The notes under the pieces were generated by a model, which did no database searches, had not been told where the DNA came from, and saw nothing but the letters and a program-made list of their open reading frames with translations. Below, one piece after another: positions 47,766 through 58,608 of a stretch of 64,000 bases of DNA. Each line of letters opens with the position of its first letter. Within the stretch, counting starts at the first letter, position 1. Both the position numbers and the translations under genes were made by a program. This DNA comes from Hormiphora californensis (Eukaryota; Animalia; Ctenophora), in contig CM035351.1 in NCBI GenBank assembly GCA_020137815.1, positions 2,480,001 to 2,544,000 of the forward strand, in the 5' to 3' direction.

Positions 47766-50700
47766 CTACTTGGTGTAAGTTTCTACGGCAGACTTAGCGA
47801 GGTTTCCCAAAATCATTTTATCTTCCTCTTCCTCCTCTTCAAAATCATCTTCATAATCATACCCCTTGTTATATTCTTCGTCTGCAATCAGATCATCGTA
47901 TTCCCTGGCTGCGTACTTTTCCCAGTCCGTCATGGGGGTCTCTCCCTCCTGTGGGTGGTTTAGAGTGGTTAGTGGGGGGTCTCTCCCTCCTGTGGGTGGT
48001 TAAGAGCGGTTAGTGGTTGGTTTAGAGTGGGTATCTTTCCCTCCTGTGGGTGCTTTAAACTTTAGTTAGGTGTGGAAAGTTGGGCATGGAGAGTGGTTGT
48101 TCGAAGTGGGCTTATTGGGGATGGAGTCGGGATAGTGGGGTAGTGGAGAGAAAGATAAATGTCATTGCAGTACAGTGCAATTGTGTTATGTTGGCATAAG
48201 GTGTTGCAGCTATACAGGGTGTTCAAGATCAGTGGTGATTTTGTTTTTTTTGTAATTGCGGCTGAGTGTGTTATCCTAGTATGCGTAGGTCGACTCCCCT
48301 AAATCTGTGACAGATTGTATACCGTGCATTACAGGCCTAATTTGCCTGCCTTTAACTGATGTGCATTCAATCAGAAAGGCAAGGTATGGCCGGGTCAAGT
48401 CTGACAGCAGTCAACCATAACTATCTAAACAAGTGCAAAGTTAGTGACATGACAGACAAGAGCCACTCTAACAATCCAGTTCAAAAAACCCGTACGCACC
48501 GTACTTTACGCGGTATACCCAATCAACTCGGGGCTAGGCAATTTATTCCTATCACTGACAGGAATGCCTTCAGTATAGTAGTCACTAACTTTTGAACGTT
48601 GAAATATGCGACACCTTTAGATCTAGTGAAAGGTAGTGTTGCTGAAGGAAGGTCAAATGTTCGTGATCAAGCATGGAATTGTTCGTGTGTGTGCGACGGT
48701 AGTGATAGCCGTGAGGTGTTTGCGGTATGGTAGCGAGAAATGATAGGTCAGGGTAGGTAAAAATAGGAATGGGAGAAATCGGTAGAGATGAAAGATAGCA
48801 GCTATTTTAGAAGTAACTCTGCTCCATCGGGTAAGTGATAGACAAGAAGAGAAGGAAGAAGATGAGAGAGAGACTCGCAGACTGAGAAGATGCGAGAGAG
48901 AGACGGAGAGGAGAGAGGACAGAGGGAAGAAAAGTAGTCTGGAAGACTACGGGTTCCAAAAAATTTTCCCTTTACATTCAAAGTATTACAGACCCTGAAC
49001 GTTCCCGAATAGATAACCCTGGGATTTAAACGAGGGGGTACATCCTTGAGATGTGAAAAAATGTAACCCGTTGGCCCCCCCGGGGGTTTCTCATTGGGGG
49101 GTTAGAGGTTTGGTGGAAGGGGGTTAGCCCCCGGGTTTAATTAGTTAGGGTGGAAAGTGATGGAGTTGGGTTTCGGGGGTTCTACATAGTGGGTGTGGTG
49201 CAATATGTTTGCATGGGCTGTGCTTGGTATGTTCAGCATAAGGTTTGAGTAGACTGAGATTGATATCTCATGTAGATTGTGTGAAGTTTGAATGCGGGTT
49301 CAAGATGTGTGAATTAGCTAGCGGCTAGTTATGTAACATATGCGGCAGGAGGTGGTGATATATATATGTGTATGCGGTAGGTGTGGTCTGTATAATAATT
49401 GTGACAAGATTTATCAAAATAGGCATTACAGAGCCTAATTTAGGTTTGTATAGCTGAAGGTGTGATGTGTCCAAAATAAATGAATCGGGAAATATTGCAC
49501 CCCATCAATCAACAGATTCAATAATCCAACCAGCTAACTAATCTAAACAAGGCCACAAGATTCAGTGACACTAGAACCAAACAAGAGGCCAAAACATCTA
49601 AACAAGTCCACAAGATCCAAAGAAGACCCCACCGGCCACCGTGATACATTTACAGGGGGTATAATTTATAATTACGGGGGGTGGGGGAGATTATAATTAC
49701 CTTATTACTGAAGGGATCCCTCATCTCGTGATCCAAGAATTTCTGGATATTTAGGAAGATATTGAAAAACTGGGAGGGCTGTTTGCACTTTTTGACATCA
49801 GACAGGGTTATCTTGATTTCATCCTTGGGCCGTACCAGATCAAGAGCCTGGCAGATACAATCAAGAATGGAGCACTCTTCAACACCCAGTAGTCGCATCT
49901 TCTCTAGTTGGGCCTGGGGAGAGAAGGGAGTTAGAATTTCTGGGAGAGAGAGAATACCCTAGATATACACGCAGAACATATGGCTATTACTACCACTATT
50001 TGGTCTTGTTTTGCTAAATTTCCCCTAATTGGATACAGGAAGAGAATTTTCTATCTTTCTATTCTCTATCTTTCTATCTCTCTATCTTTCTATTCTATCT
50101 TTATGTTCTCTATCTTTCTATTCTCTATCTTTCTGTGTTTTATTTTCTCTCTGTCTGTCAGTCTGCACACACAAGACAGAGATGAATGTTTTGGCTAATT
50201 TAATCCCCTGTAGAAGGAATGGAACACAGAGAAAAGTTGGACGTTAGGTCATGGTAAATGATAGCTTTAGGAACCGGAGAAGACCTAACTCCGTAAGGAA
50301 TACTATGTACTATATAAAAACGCTGAACTTATCTCAAATTCCACCAGATGGAAAATATTACCCCGTACATACAGAATAAAGATTGTTAGTGATGTTGCAT
50401 GCATGCAATGTATCCCGCACATTTTGTATCCCCTCCCCCGACCACCGTGTATATCGAACTTGTCATGTTCTAAGTTCTATCCCTTATTTTACGTGGCGTG
50501 GCGAGAGAGGGTCCAGCACGGCAATTTACCTGATAAAAGTATTCCAGTTCGTACAGTGAGATGTACCCATCACCATCTAGATCCATCACCCTGAACCAAT
50601 ATTCAATTGCAGTGGGGTGGGCCTTGTCTTCCTCAGCCAGCAGAAACCGGATGAAGTCAGAATATGTGAGGATATCAGTTGTTTTTTGTGTCACCTGGAG

Positions 50701-53700
50701 GAACAAATCAGAATCAGACATTAAGGCCAGAGGGGGGGGGTCGGGGGGTCTAAAAAGTCACTTTCGGGGTTTGGTCCGGCTCGAAGAGCCGGACCAGATG
50801 AAATAGTTGGAATCGTTTTAGCGCGCACCGTTAAGGAGAAAATTGAGGTTAACTTTTCGCCCAAAATGAATGTAAACCTCAAAAAAGCTTGTATTTATGT
50901 CACCTACACAGATGAAAATGGTACCAATCGATAAATCTTATCGAGGAGACCAAGTATTCAAAGTTTCAGAGGTCTAAACAATATAGTTGTTCAGATATTT
51001 GAGGTTAACATATCTCCCAAAAAACAACCTTTTGTTCGATAACTTTAGGTCCACAATTTCACTTTATGCTCCACTTCCTGAAGAGACGGCTAGGACCTGG
51101 GCCTTGAAACTTGGCAGTTATGATCCTGAGATGGTGAACTAAAAATCTGGTGTAGCGATTTTTGATTTAGGCCCTAGTTCCTGAAATATTGAGGTTAACG
51201 TTTCAAAAATCAAGCTTTTTAAAATGTTAACCTCAATATTTCAGGAACTAGGGCCTAAATCAAAAATCGCTACACCAGATTTTTAGTTCACCATCTCAGG
51301 ATCATAACTGCCAAGTTTCAAGGCCCAGGTCCTAGCCGTCTCTTCAGGAAGTGGAGCATAAAGTGAAATTGTGGACCTAAAGTTATCGAACAAAAGGTTG
51401 TTTTTTGGGAGATATGTTAACCTCAAATATCTGAACAACTATATTGTTTAGACCTCTGAAACTTTGAATACTTGGTCTCCTCGATAAGATTTATCGATTG
51501 GTACCATTTTCATCTGTGTAGGTGACATAAATACAAGCTTTTTTGAGGTTTACATTCATTTTGGGCGAAAAGTTAACCTCAAAAAACAGGGCCTCCTGAT
51601 ACACTTGGTGCGCAGCTACCCAATCCAAAACTTTTCTACCACCGAGTTACATCACATATGTAAACCCCAGAAAAGTGCATTTTTTGACCCTCGGACCCCC
51701 CCTCTGGCCTTAATTGGACAATTAATTTTAATTGTAGTGGAAGTCAAATCTAACCACTATAAAACAAACCACAAACATACCGTGCCCTGGAAGAGCCGTT
51801 CAATAGCACGAGGATTGACCGTCCCATCAGCATGTTTCTTCATATCCTCCAGCGATACCTCCAAGTTATGGTCAATATCAATTTCCCAAAACTTGCAGTA
51901 GATAACGTAAAAGTGCTCATAGGAAAAGTAATCAGACACCTGGAAGAGGGGAGGGAGGGTTGATAGGCAAATTGTCTGTCACACACAACACACAACATTT
52001 GGCACACACACACACAGACACACACACTTGCAAGTCTACTACCGGCTGGCTACCAAACTGCAGTCTTAGTAGCTCTGTACAGTTGTAGGGAAGGAAAACT
52101 GATATATATGTACAAGCAAAAGCTGCACCCTTTTTGTGGTAACTATAGTCTATACATCATATTGTATGATGTCTGTATGCTGACTCTTCTCGGTAAAAGA
52201 TGCTCAGTTCCTCTCACTCTATCTATCCATTACCCTCACAGAGCGCGCTCACTCTGAGATGGATCTATCCATTACCTTCACAGAGCGAGCTCAAACCACT
52301 CAGGGACGCTCGTGCGCATTGTGCTGACACTTATAAAAACACTTGTAAAAAGCGTTGTGAAATAAAAGCGTTATGAAATATAATGTGAGCCACACTATCA
52401 GCCCTTACCTGATTTATATCTGGTTCATCTTCTAGTACTGCCATCGTCTTCAGGAATGAACCCTCCCTCAGGTCCCCCCGTCCGATCTGAAGTCTCCAGG
52501 ACCGGCTTGTGGAGTAGAATATCCTAGCTGTTACTGTCTCTATGTACCTGGGGTGAAGGATCAGAGCGGGAGAGTTAGAAAGTCACTGTGTAAAGTGGGG
52601 AGAAGAACTCTAGAGTTTCTATCTTTCATTAGTTTATTAGTATGATTGATATTTTCCAATACTGATATTAGAAACAAATCGTTCATGATTCAGGGACTTG
52701 TAAATGTATTCTCACCTAGCATGAAACTCGGGTGCGTCATCAAGGAAGGTCATGCCCGGGTGAGTGTCAATAACATCCTGTATCAAATTCTTGAAATCAC
52801 CCTCCACTAAATAATCCCGTTCTCCCTTGGATAACAGCCGTACAAACTGGGACGCTTCATCGTGACAACGCGACTTTAGGTCATCCCAAACCTACGTAAA
52901 AATTGTTTTGTTCAGGGAGGTTCGAACAAGGCAATGTGAAAAGAGGGGGGTTGGAAACCTGATAACCTGTTTTTATCTTTAGGAATGTATGAAAACCTAA
53001 TCACGTGACGTCACAAAAGAGTGTGTAGGACACACTGTGCACTGTACCTTAGTGAACTGCTCTAGAGAACATGTATCCGTTGTAGAACACGCCTCAAAGA
53101 AGGGACATTTCCAATACAGAGGAAAACCAACTGCTTTAGTAACCGACCCAAAATCCTTTTTCTGGATACAGCCATTAGGACACTCCGCAAACAACCCTTT
53201 CACTTTCTCCAAAACGGAGGTGTTTGCACTGGCATTCGGTGACTCTGGTTGAGATGAGGTGGGTTTACCGAACGGGAAGTAGAAGGGTGGTATTTCCTCC
53301 TTTGGGGCTGCTGCGGTGGTGGTTGTTGAGGGTTGTCTGGTGAGGGTACTGTGCGCTGGTGAGGGGGTACGGGCTGCAGCAGCCGCTGAGGCAGCAGACC
53401 GGCGAAGGGATTTTTGGGATGCTGATGATGAAACTCGGGGACTACCTGAAACAAAGAGAAAAATTAATTTCACAGTGTATATTGAAGTTCTCGAGTTGGA
53501 ACAATGAATAGAAGCCAGATGTAACAAAATGATAAGAGTATTACTTACTACGTGGGGATGAAACAGGGTGTTTATGGTGAGGTGGGGAGAGGGATCTGGA
53601 GAGGTGGGCCCTGTTAGTGGGGACTATCTCTGGGACCTTCCCCTTAAGAATGAGGGAGAGGTCCGAGTTGAGCTGATCGAGGACCTTGTCATCGGATAGC

Positions 53701-54038
53701 CACTGGAGAATCAACTCGTTTATCTTAACCTGCACAGGGAGATCCAGAAGTGAGGGGGTGTTGGTCTAGAGAGTGATATGAAGAGGGAGGAGAGGGAGGG
53801 GGAGTGAAAGAAGGGGAGAGAGAGAGGGAGGAGATAAAGATGTTGGTCTCGTTACAATGAAATTACATATTCTAAACCCCTGTAATAGCCTAATTACCAT
53901 ACAAACCAAACACTTGGGTGATTACAGTCCCAATCAGTGTGTTATGTAACCAAATCCCAGTATTTTTCTATGGTTACCATGGTAACCCATGTTAATTGTA
54001 ACCATGGTTACCTTGACATCTGGAATAACGGTAACCAT
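47766..54038 (-). CDS. PPP2R3: PP2A regulatory subunit B'' (PR70/PR72 family, EF-hand), multi-exon
   Basis: KINELILQWLS, IPPFYFPFGKP, FPLYWK, THPGMTFL..PEFH, DYFSYEHFYVIYCKFWEID, FLLAEEDK.HPTAIEYWFRVMDLDGDG, KITLSDVKKCK and TDWEKYAAREYD. Confidence 0.93.
50725..51709. mobile_element. TTAA-flanked non-autonomous transposon containing a 740-bp palindrome (50843-51582)
   Basis: ttaa|ggccagagggggg ... cccccctctggcc|ttaa; inner arms 50843-51199 and 51226-51582 read as reverse complements. Confidence 0.88.
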
Positions 54039-54495
54039 TTTCTTCTCATCATGTCACACCCAGCACTACATTGTCTTCTTCAGCATCGCTAGATATAGGA
54101 AAAAGGGAGGGAGAGGTGGTATACTGCTATAAATATACTTTAGGGAGACATATAATAATGAGGGTTACTGCTGCTGCAGAGGACAGTCTATACTGTAACA
54201 GGTAGTAGTGAGATGTTATAGAGGGCAGGGGGTAAACACAATAGCTGTGTTGTTCGAGAGATATATTTGGCTGTCTTCCAAATCTCACTGAATTGAGACA
54301 CTGAATTAAACACACAATGTTGTTTTTGTTGTTGTCACCCCATACACAACACTGCACTGGGATGCACACATTCCACTTCGTTATAACACGTTATCGATAC
54401 AAAATGCACAGGTCGAAAATTAATCATTACTCTTAAAATAAATTAGTGTCTCCCTTCCTTTTAAAAAGTGTAAATCATCAGATATAATCAGACAT

Positions 54496-57400
54496 TCAAA
54501 TCTTGTTGACCGGATCGGTTGCCTTCCCGTAAACCGTAACACAGTTATCCTGGCCAGCGGAGACTAGCTTATACTCAAACGGATGGAACTGCAATGACAC
54601 GCTTGGCCCGACTTTCTGGCCCATGAAACCCTCGTGGAATTTGATATCGTTCAGTTTGTCTCCCCACGTGTTCCATATCTTGATCCCCTGATCGTGGGAC
54701 CCACACGCCATGACCGGTGCATAATTGTGGAAGGCCACCGTCCTCAGCATCGAGCTAACCACCTCTCGTGTGTTTGGGGGATCTGGTCCTAGTGTCTGGT
54801 ATCGGGGCATATTCAGGTAGTCCGCCTCCTCAACATCAGATTTAGTTTTCCGCAGATCCCAGAAGCACATTTCCCCCGAGTAGGAGGCGGTGTAGATGAT
54901 CTTGTTGTCGTTGTTTGGCCGCACGTGCACACTCACCACCGGGCTGGTCTTGTTGGATCTTGGCAAATCTCCAAACTTCTGGACCACTTGGTTGTGGGAG
55001 GGTGTTCTCAGGTCGTACAGCCTGCATACACCATCCTGGAACCCAGCCAACAATAGACTCTCCTGCTCTGGACCGAGGGGCCTGTCGAATGTGGTAAACG
55101 CTGTCACCGGTAACTCTGAGTGGGTTTGGATATCCGAGTATCGGGTTTCCCGGACCAGATTCCAACTGACTATCCTCTTTATTTGCCCTGATATGAGCAG
55201 ATTAGAGGAAAACTCAGCGTAGTTTAGCAGAACCCTGCCCCGCCTGCTCGCTTCAGTGTACGCTTTGAAGGTGGAGGCCAGTGAACAATGTTCAGGACTC
55301 TCAAAGTTTCTCCAAATGTAAACCTCTGCATCGCTGTTAATTACACACAGAAAGGGGCGTTTGTGCTCGTTTAGCATTATTGAATCCTTCGCAGTTCCCC
55401 GCATCTCACAGCAAGCGAACCTGTGTTGCACCCGTGGTTTACAGTCATACTCCACCAAACTACAGAAACTGTCATCAAGGATATAGATCAGAGGCTCAAA
55501 CGGGTGAAAATCCACTTTGTGGGGCCGGATGTTGTGTTTTATCCCATAAACCTGTGCGTCCAACTTCTCATGAGCTCTCTTCTCAAGCGTGGCCCGGGCT
55601 TTGCCCTTCTTTTCAGAGTACTTTGTATCCCTCAGTACGTTCAAGGCAAATGCCTCCGAGTTTGGATCTGACTCCTCGTCCCTCATGACAAGAAGGGGTT
55701 GGGAGAAGGACGCATCTGTCCAGTCCGCAAACTTTGTCCTAATGATTTGAGTGGTCTGTTGATCTGAAACGATTGGCGGCCTTTCGTCATCATCTTTCTC
55801 AACCACTCTACCCTCCCCGAACACATCTCGTTTAGGGTTTGCGTGTGCATAAGCCTGGTATATTGGCTGAATGTTTGAGTCTGGGGAAGAATCCGTGTAA
55901 GAGGTTTCTGATGTCTTACGACGTGTGTGTCGCGGCATTTTCTTCTCGATAAACTTGATCACCTCAGAAACCAGTCTCCTCACCTCTGTGTCTGGATCTC
56001 GTTCCAAACCCTTGATAGTTCGCCAGGCGTCCACGAACTTGTTCCCAATGATCCTGCTCGGTGGGGCGATCAGCGACTTGGTCGAAGAAGATATCTTGCG
56101 GGAGGCAAACAAACTGGGAGAAGAACATGACTCATCGTCCTCACAGATTGATGTTTTCTGCATCCGTGTCGCCAAGTCCTCCGCCACGGAGGCTGCAACT
56201 GTGATGAACTTGGGCTCGTACTGCTGGATATACCGAGACAGGGCAACCACAGCCTCCCTCCTCACATGAACACACCCGTCTCGGCTGGCCAGTAAGAGAT
56301 CCTTGGCTATCTTGTGCTCGATCGTCTCCCCGTGTTGACTGTCGCTCCGTCGGGTATTCAGGAAAGTTCCCAGGGCATACACCGCGGCTGTCCGAGTCTC
56401 AGGGTTGGGATGATCTATCAATTTGACCACATATCCCTCGATTGTGTTTGCACGGACAGCTGTCCACATCGCCTTTTCATTACCATCCCAGAGATACGCT
56501 AGACACAACACGGCACAATTCTGTAGCTTGGTTGATCGGAGAGGCATGTCCTCTAGGCAGTCGTTCAACTCGTTCACTAGGTTTTCACCGAGTAGCAAGG
56601 AATTCTTCTGGGAGAACCTAACCAGAATAGAGAGGCAGAAACAGGCCATGGCACGGGTTTGTAAAATCATATCCGAGTCATTCAAGATGTTGATAAAGAA
56701 TTTCCGATAGGCAGCATCAGTTAAAATGGGATCAATTGTTGTCATTCGCCGGTCCGTAGCGAGGATTTTAGCCCAAATTAGGACCATGATGTACTTGTAA
56801 TCGCCCGTCGGTATCTTCAGCATTTGCCTCAGATAGGGCAGAAAACCGATATCCAAGAACTTTTGGACGGCGTACGGTCCCCGGTCCAAGAACTTACCGA
56901 TGAGACTCAGGCACTCTTCTCTGTACTGTGACCCCATGAGCATGTGAAACAGCACAGGGAGCTGCCGGCAGTCAATCTTGTCGTTCCGCTGGTGCTGGGA
57001 GAGGTAAACCTTGAACTCGGTGAGTTGGTCGAAGAAAAATGTGCTAATTTGTCGATGAGGTGCCGGTCGGGTGACCCTAATTTTCCTAAAAGAAAGTTCT
57101 GACATAACGCTATCTAGAGCCAAATCCCACGACTTCCACAGGGGATGCTGAGCCATGGAGGGTAGCTCCGGTACACTAAGAGGACGAACGTTGTACGACC
57201 TCATAATTCTATCTGCTAGAATATGCCCACGAAAACAGCTCGCCACGGGCCTACAGTTACGAAATAGTTTGATAAACATAGTTTGTCCCAAGTCCATTTG
57301 CCAAGCCAAGGTGTCATGAACTGCTACCAAGATCCACTCCAACTCACCCAGCATGGTGCTCTTCGTGGTGAGAGATCCAGGAATGTTGTCTAGGTAGTCT

Positions 57401-58269
57401 ATACAGTCGAGAATATGAATCCCCGTCACCTTCTGCTGGTGAAACCAAAACCGAAGGGCAGTTGCGAGTGCGGTAGTCAGACAACAAGTGTAGAGATCGG
57501 CGGGTAGCTCGGGGTTTTGTGGAAGCGTTTCGTCTGCTCCACATGCCGCCAGATGCAGTGATTTTTCCTCGAACATTGGCTCCACATAATACCGATCCCG
57601 GGAATCCTTCCAAGCCTGTTTTTTGGCCCGTGCGACATTGTTGAAAGTGTTGACGATATGACCAGCATTGTCACAATCCCAAATGTAGATGGCCGGAGTT
57701 TGCACCTTTTCCATCAGACTACCCAGAGGTAGGACTGTGTAGTGTTTCACCTGACTGTTCAGCACCCATATTCCCTGGTTATTAGCGGCAGTCTCATGCG
57801 TACACGACAGGGTTCCATGTCCGTTGTAGTAGAATATCATCCGGTTGTTGTTGATCTGCTTCCGAACTGAGTCACAGTGGCCGTAAACCTTACTCGGACT
57901 ACAGTCCATCTCCACCCGTATCGTACCCCTGTCCTTCTCGTACGACCTCACCGGTTTCTTGCTCGTCTGGGGGAAGAGGTCCGAGAATTGCCGTTTTAGG
58001 TTTTCCTTGATCGCCTCCTGGGCTTTCTTGTATTCCATCTTGGAGGGATCCACCCAGGTTTCAGTCAGTGCACACGGAGATATCTTTTGTTTCTCGGGTG
58101 GTGGCGGGTACTGCAACATGGCAATGATAACGAGGACAGCGCCCATGGATCGCGGCTGGTGCTCCAGCTCCTGGGTAATGGTCTCATGATTGCCCTGGAT
58201 CTCATCCTTGTGTATCGGATCGTTAAACAGAACCCGTATCTTCTTTATTTCTGACTCATCCAGGTCCAT
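54496..58269 (-). CDS. RPTOR: Raptor paralog A (intronless ORF, 1257 aa)
   Basis: RNC domain (YYNGHG, YIWDCDNAG, LAACGADETLP.NPELPADLYTCCLTT, GELEWIL..DTLAW, ADRIMRSYN, HPLWKSWDLA), HEAT/ARM (PETRTAAVYALGTF) and WD40 (IKFHEGFMGQKVGP...FHP). Confidence 0.95.
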   Translation of the reverse strand: MDLDESEIKKIRVLFNDPIHKDEIQGNHETITQELEHQPRSMGAVLVIIAMLQYPPPPEKQKISPCALTETWVDPSKMEYKKAQEAIKENLKRQFSDLFPQTSKKPVRSYEKDRGTIRVEMDCSPSKVYGHCDSVRKQINNNRMIFYYNGHGTLSCTHETAANNQGIWVLNSQVKHYTVLPLGSLMEKVQTPAIYIWDCDNAGHIVNTFNNVARAKKQAWKDSRDRYYVEPMFEEKSLHLAACGADETLPQNPELPADLYTCCLTTALATALRFWFHQQKVTGIHILDCIDYLDNIPGSLTTKSTMLGELEWILVAVHDTLAWQMDLGQTMFIKLFRNCRPVASCFRGHILADRIMRSYNVRPLSVPELPSMAQHPLWKSWDLALDSVMSELSFRKIRVTRPAPHRQISTFFFDQLTEFKVYLSQHQRNDKIDCRQLPVLFHMLMGSQYREECLSLIGKFLDRGPYAVQKFLDIGFLPYLRQMLKIPTGDYKYIMVLIWAKILATDRRMTTIDPILTDAAYRKFFINILNDSDMILQTRAMACFCLSILVRFSQKNSLLLGENLVNELNDCLEDMPLRSTKLQNCAVLCLAYLWDGNEKAMWTAVRANTIEGYVVKLIDHPNPETRTAAVYALGTFLNTRRSDSQHGETIEHKIAKDLLLASRDGCVHVRREAVVALSRYIQQYEPKFITVAASVAEDLATRMQKTSICEDDESCSSPSLFASRKISSSTKSLIAPPSRIIGNKFVDAWRTIKGLERDPDTEVRRLVSEVIKFIEKKMPRHTRRKTSETSYTDSSPDSNIQPIYQAYAHANPKRDVFGEGRVVEKDDDERPPIVSDQQTTQIIRTKFADWTDASFSQPLLVMRDEESDPNSEAFALNVLRDTKYSEKKGKARATLEKRAHEKLDAQVYGIKHNIRPHKVDFHPFEPLIYILDDSFCSLVEYDCKPRVQHRFACCEMRGTAKDSIMLNEHKRPFLCVINSDAEVYIWRNFESPEHCSLASTFKAYTEASRRGRVLLNYAEFSSNLLISGQIKRIVSWNLVRETRYSDIQTHSELPVTAFTTFDRPLGPEQESLLLAGFQDGVCRLYDLRTPSHNQVVQKFGDLPRSNKTSPVVSVHVRPNNDNKIIYTASYSGEMCFWDLRKTKSDVEEADYLNMPRYQTLGPDPPNTREVVSSMLRTVAFHNYAPVMACGSHDQGIKIWNTWGDKLNDIKFHEGFMGQKVGPSVSLQFHPFEYKLVSAGQDNCVTVYGKATDPVNKI

Positions 58270-58608
58270 CCACGTGCCTAGCAGGTGTCCATTTTATAAC
58301 TCTACACGGGAAAGAGAGGGAGTTATTTGAAGGGTAAGAATACTCCTGTTATAAATCTGCAGCAGGGATAGGGAGGATAAGGGGGGAGGGTAAGGTATTT
58401 TGGGGGAGGGACATTTCACAGTTGGGAAAAGGCGATGAAGTGAAAACAGTGGATAAATCCAGGTATATGAGGGAAGAAAACGCAAGTTTTTTATATCAGT
58501 TAACAGTCTCACGGTTAAATACAAAATAAACATCATGTTGAAAAAGCATTCGTAAAATAAATTATTCTCCCTGCCCAGTCCCATGGATAAAAACGGATCA
58601 AAATGTTT

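Noticed and set aside
48060-49660. Degenerate duplication (~48060-48520 vs ~49140-49660) in the last PPP2R3 intron
   Set aside because: Differences are dense indels, consistent with two noisy reads of one sequence.
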